This document shows positions 61,771-64,000 of a stretch of 64,000 nucleotides of DNA, piece after piece (positions within the stretch are counted from its first letter, which is position 1; every line of letters starts with the position of its first letter). The translations under genes were made by a program, and so were the position numbers. The notes under the pieces are model-generated. The model saw only the letters and a program-made list of their open reading frames with translations. It did no database searches and was not told the origin of the DNA. Source of the stretch: Felis catus (Eukaryota); contig NC_058368.1 in assembly GCF_018350175.1 (NCBI RefSeq), forward strand, positions 8,990,001 through 9,054,000, written 5' to 3'.

Positions 61771-64000
61771 GACCCTTCTTCTTGGGTCGTTAGAAGCTCC
61801 CGGCTCCAGATTTCCACAGCCTCCTCTACATCCCTTATTATAATATCCATTGCATTGTTCTCGGTCTGTTTTTTATATCCAACCTTTTTCATGACACTCT
61901 GAAAAGTAGTTATCTCATAAGGGTAGTAATCCTGCCCAGGGCCTCACTGCGTGGCCAGCACCTAGCATTCCCTCGCTGAAATATTTGAAACGTTCCAGTG
62001 TTAAAAATACAATTGTCTGTTGCACCTCTGGTGAAACCTCATTAAATCTGTTCAAACGTTTCTGTGTTTTATATCCCAGGCCAGTAGCAACAGGTAGGCA
62101 GAGCGGTAAATGCATAGTGTGTGCAGATCCGGTCTGAATAGGTTCCTAATTACGGTGCTCAACTGGAGAGGGGAACTGGAAACCCTTAAAAAGGTTCAGA
62201 ACCCTTAGGGCAGAGAGAGCTTTGGAGATCCAGGGGATTTTCGTTACTTAGTCACAGGGCATGGATTTTGTTCTAAGCATTATGATGGTTAATGGGAGGT
62301 TTGTAGACCTGTTGTGAGAACATAGGCCCTCTGAGAAAGATTGAAAGGGCAAACGCAGGGCTGGCTGATGACTAACAGCCTGGCCAGGGTTCCTGCCCGC
62401 TGGGAATCTTCTCCGTGGCCCTGTTGCACCCTGTGCATGTACCTGCGGAGGCTGGCGGGTGCAGGGAGGGCGCAGCCCAGCACGTGCCCCCACCTGCCCA
62501 CCCGTCCCAACTCTGGCCCTCCCGCTTAGCGGCTGTGACTCCCTGAGCAACTTCCTTCGCCTTTCCGGACCTAGGAGCGCCAGCTTTCAACCGAATACCG
62601 CGTGGACATATACTGAAGATATAGTCCTTGTTTATCTGAAATTCAGTTTGTAATTGGGCACGCAATATTTGAATCGGCAAAATGATCTGGGACTCGCCTT
62701 CTTTGTTTCTAAAATGAGGTGCTAATGGTACCAATCTCATCCGGTTGTGAGGCCGAAATAATTTAATATGCGGAGAGGACTTAGAATGGGACCCGGCTCA
62801 GAGCGTGTTACCCATAGGATCAAATCCACATTCCTCAGTCGTGGGTGGGGGGGACTTTCAAGACTTGCACCTCCCCCCTTGTCTTCCCAGTCTCCATTAC
62901 CACTGCCCCTCCCCTCTGTGATTCCATGCCGGGCCTACACCAAACCATGTCCTGCCTCTGCTCCCCTTCTTGGCAGCTGCCTCTACCCAGAATCCCTTTC
63001 TCGTGAGCGCCCTGAAGAGAAGCCACTAGTCCAGGGTAGCTGTACTTAAGACTGCCCCTCTGTGGACTTCTCTGCCTCACCGCTGTGAGCCTCACCTGGT
63101 GAGCCCCTTCACAGCGCTTTATACAGACCTTTATCTGTCCCTGTCTCACTGTAGTAAATTTGTTTCACTCTTTGTGTTATATTTTCTTTAACAGTATAAT
63201 GTGTGTGTGCGAATTAATGTTAATCCACGATCTGGTGCTTTTAGTTACTATCTGAAGTCTCTTAATCAGGAACTCCTATACCAAGGGTGATAGGTGAACA
63301 TTTAAAAAGCTGCCCAACTTCAAATATTCTTATTTAAGTCTGCACCAGAGGACTTGCTCTTTGAGTAAGGGGTGTGGAAATAATTTCTCACTTATAGAAT
63401 GGGTGGTATTCAAAATGTACAGTAGAGTAGAAGGACTTCACCTTGTCCTGTCGTGGGCAGAACAGAGGAAAGCCAAGATCTAAACCGCACACAGCCCTGG
63501 GTGTTGCACTTACTGGAGGCTTCTCCCATCTGATTTGATTGATTTCATCTATTGTCAGGATACAGATGCATTTGCCTCTAGTGAAACTTTCAGTGCAAGG
63601 TGTTGGAGAGTCTGAAAGAACAGAGAGCAAAGACTTCACCAGAATTACAGAACAGATTGAGAGCTGGTTTTTGTTTTTTTTTTTCACTTGCTTGCTAATA
63701 AAAGTTGGTTCGCCGTGTGGAAAGTGGGCTAAGATGTGCCCTCATCGTGCTATACCACCTGGTAGGGAGGGGGTGGGACGAGGGACATCTGTATCCTTTC
63801 TTGTACCCTACGCGTTGGAGGCCACTGCCATCCACCAAAAGGGACTCGATGATCACGAAACCAGATTGGTTTAGTTCAGTTTGCAACGCTGTGTCTCTCC
63901 AACCAAAGGTGAGCTCCAGAGTCAGGACCTGTGTTTCACTCCAGCCCCTCCCCCTGCAGCTGGCCCAGCAGGAGGTGCTCAGCATGGAAGGGGTGACAGG

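Noticed and set aside
63690..63705. AATAAA on the plus strand near the window end as a gene 3' end
   Set aside because: A single hexamer with no upstream exons found; insufficient evidence.

Overview
Mammalian (carnivore, almost certainly felid) nuclear genomic DNA, judged from about 31 tRNA-derived Can-SINE/SINEC_Fc copies and a feline-type L1 3' end. I find no intact protein-coding exon. Nearly all ORFs in the supplied track are SINE/LINE/LTR artefacts or chance ORFs in GC-rich DNA. Main content: (1) a CpG-island promoter at about 9.2-10.45 kb for a minus-strand gene I cannot name. It has a non-coding first exon (about 10022-9826) and a probable second or alternative 5' exon ending at 9559/9555, so 1-9.5 kb is probably intronic. 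(2) A near full-length, disabled processed pseudogene of TMEM126A (17396-18173) inserted into an MLT1A-type LTR, with a SINE later inserted into its poly(A) tail. (3) A second, orphan CpG-rich promoter-like element at about 33.45-34.05 kb with a triple CRE-like array plus ETS, E-box and NRF1-like motifs, followed by a well-formed candidate plus-strand exon. (4) About 54 kb of repeat-dense intergenic DNA (SINEC, MIR, L1, L2, MLT1, LTR33-like, Tigger2a, MER82, MER20, MER5, MER53-like). I see no CRISPR array, prokaryotic operon or convincing novel multi-gene system. The best candidate for something undescribed is the orphan CpG element and its possible lncRNA. Repeat family names are from recalled consensus similarity and their boundaries are approximate.
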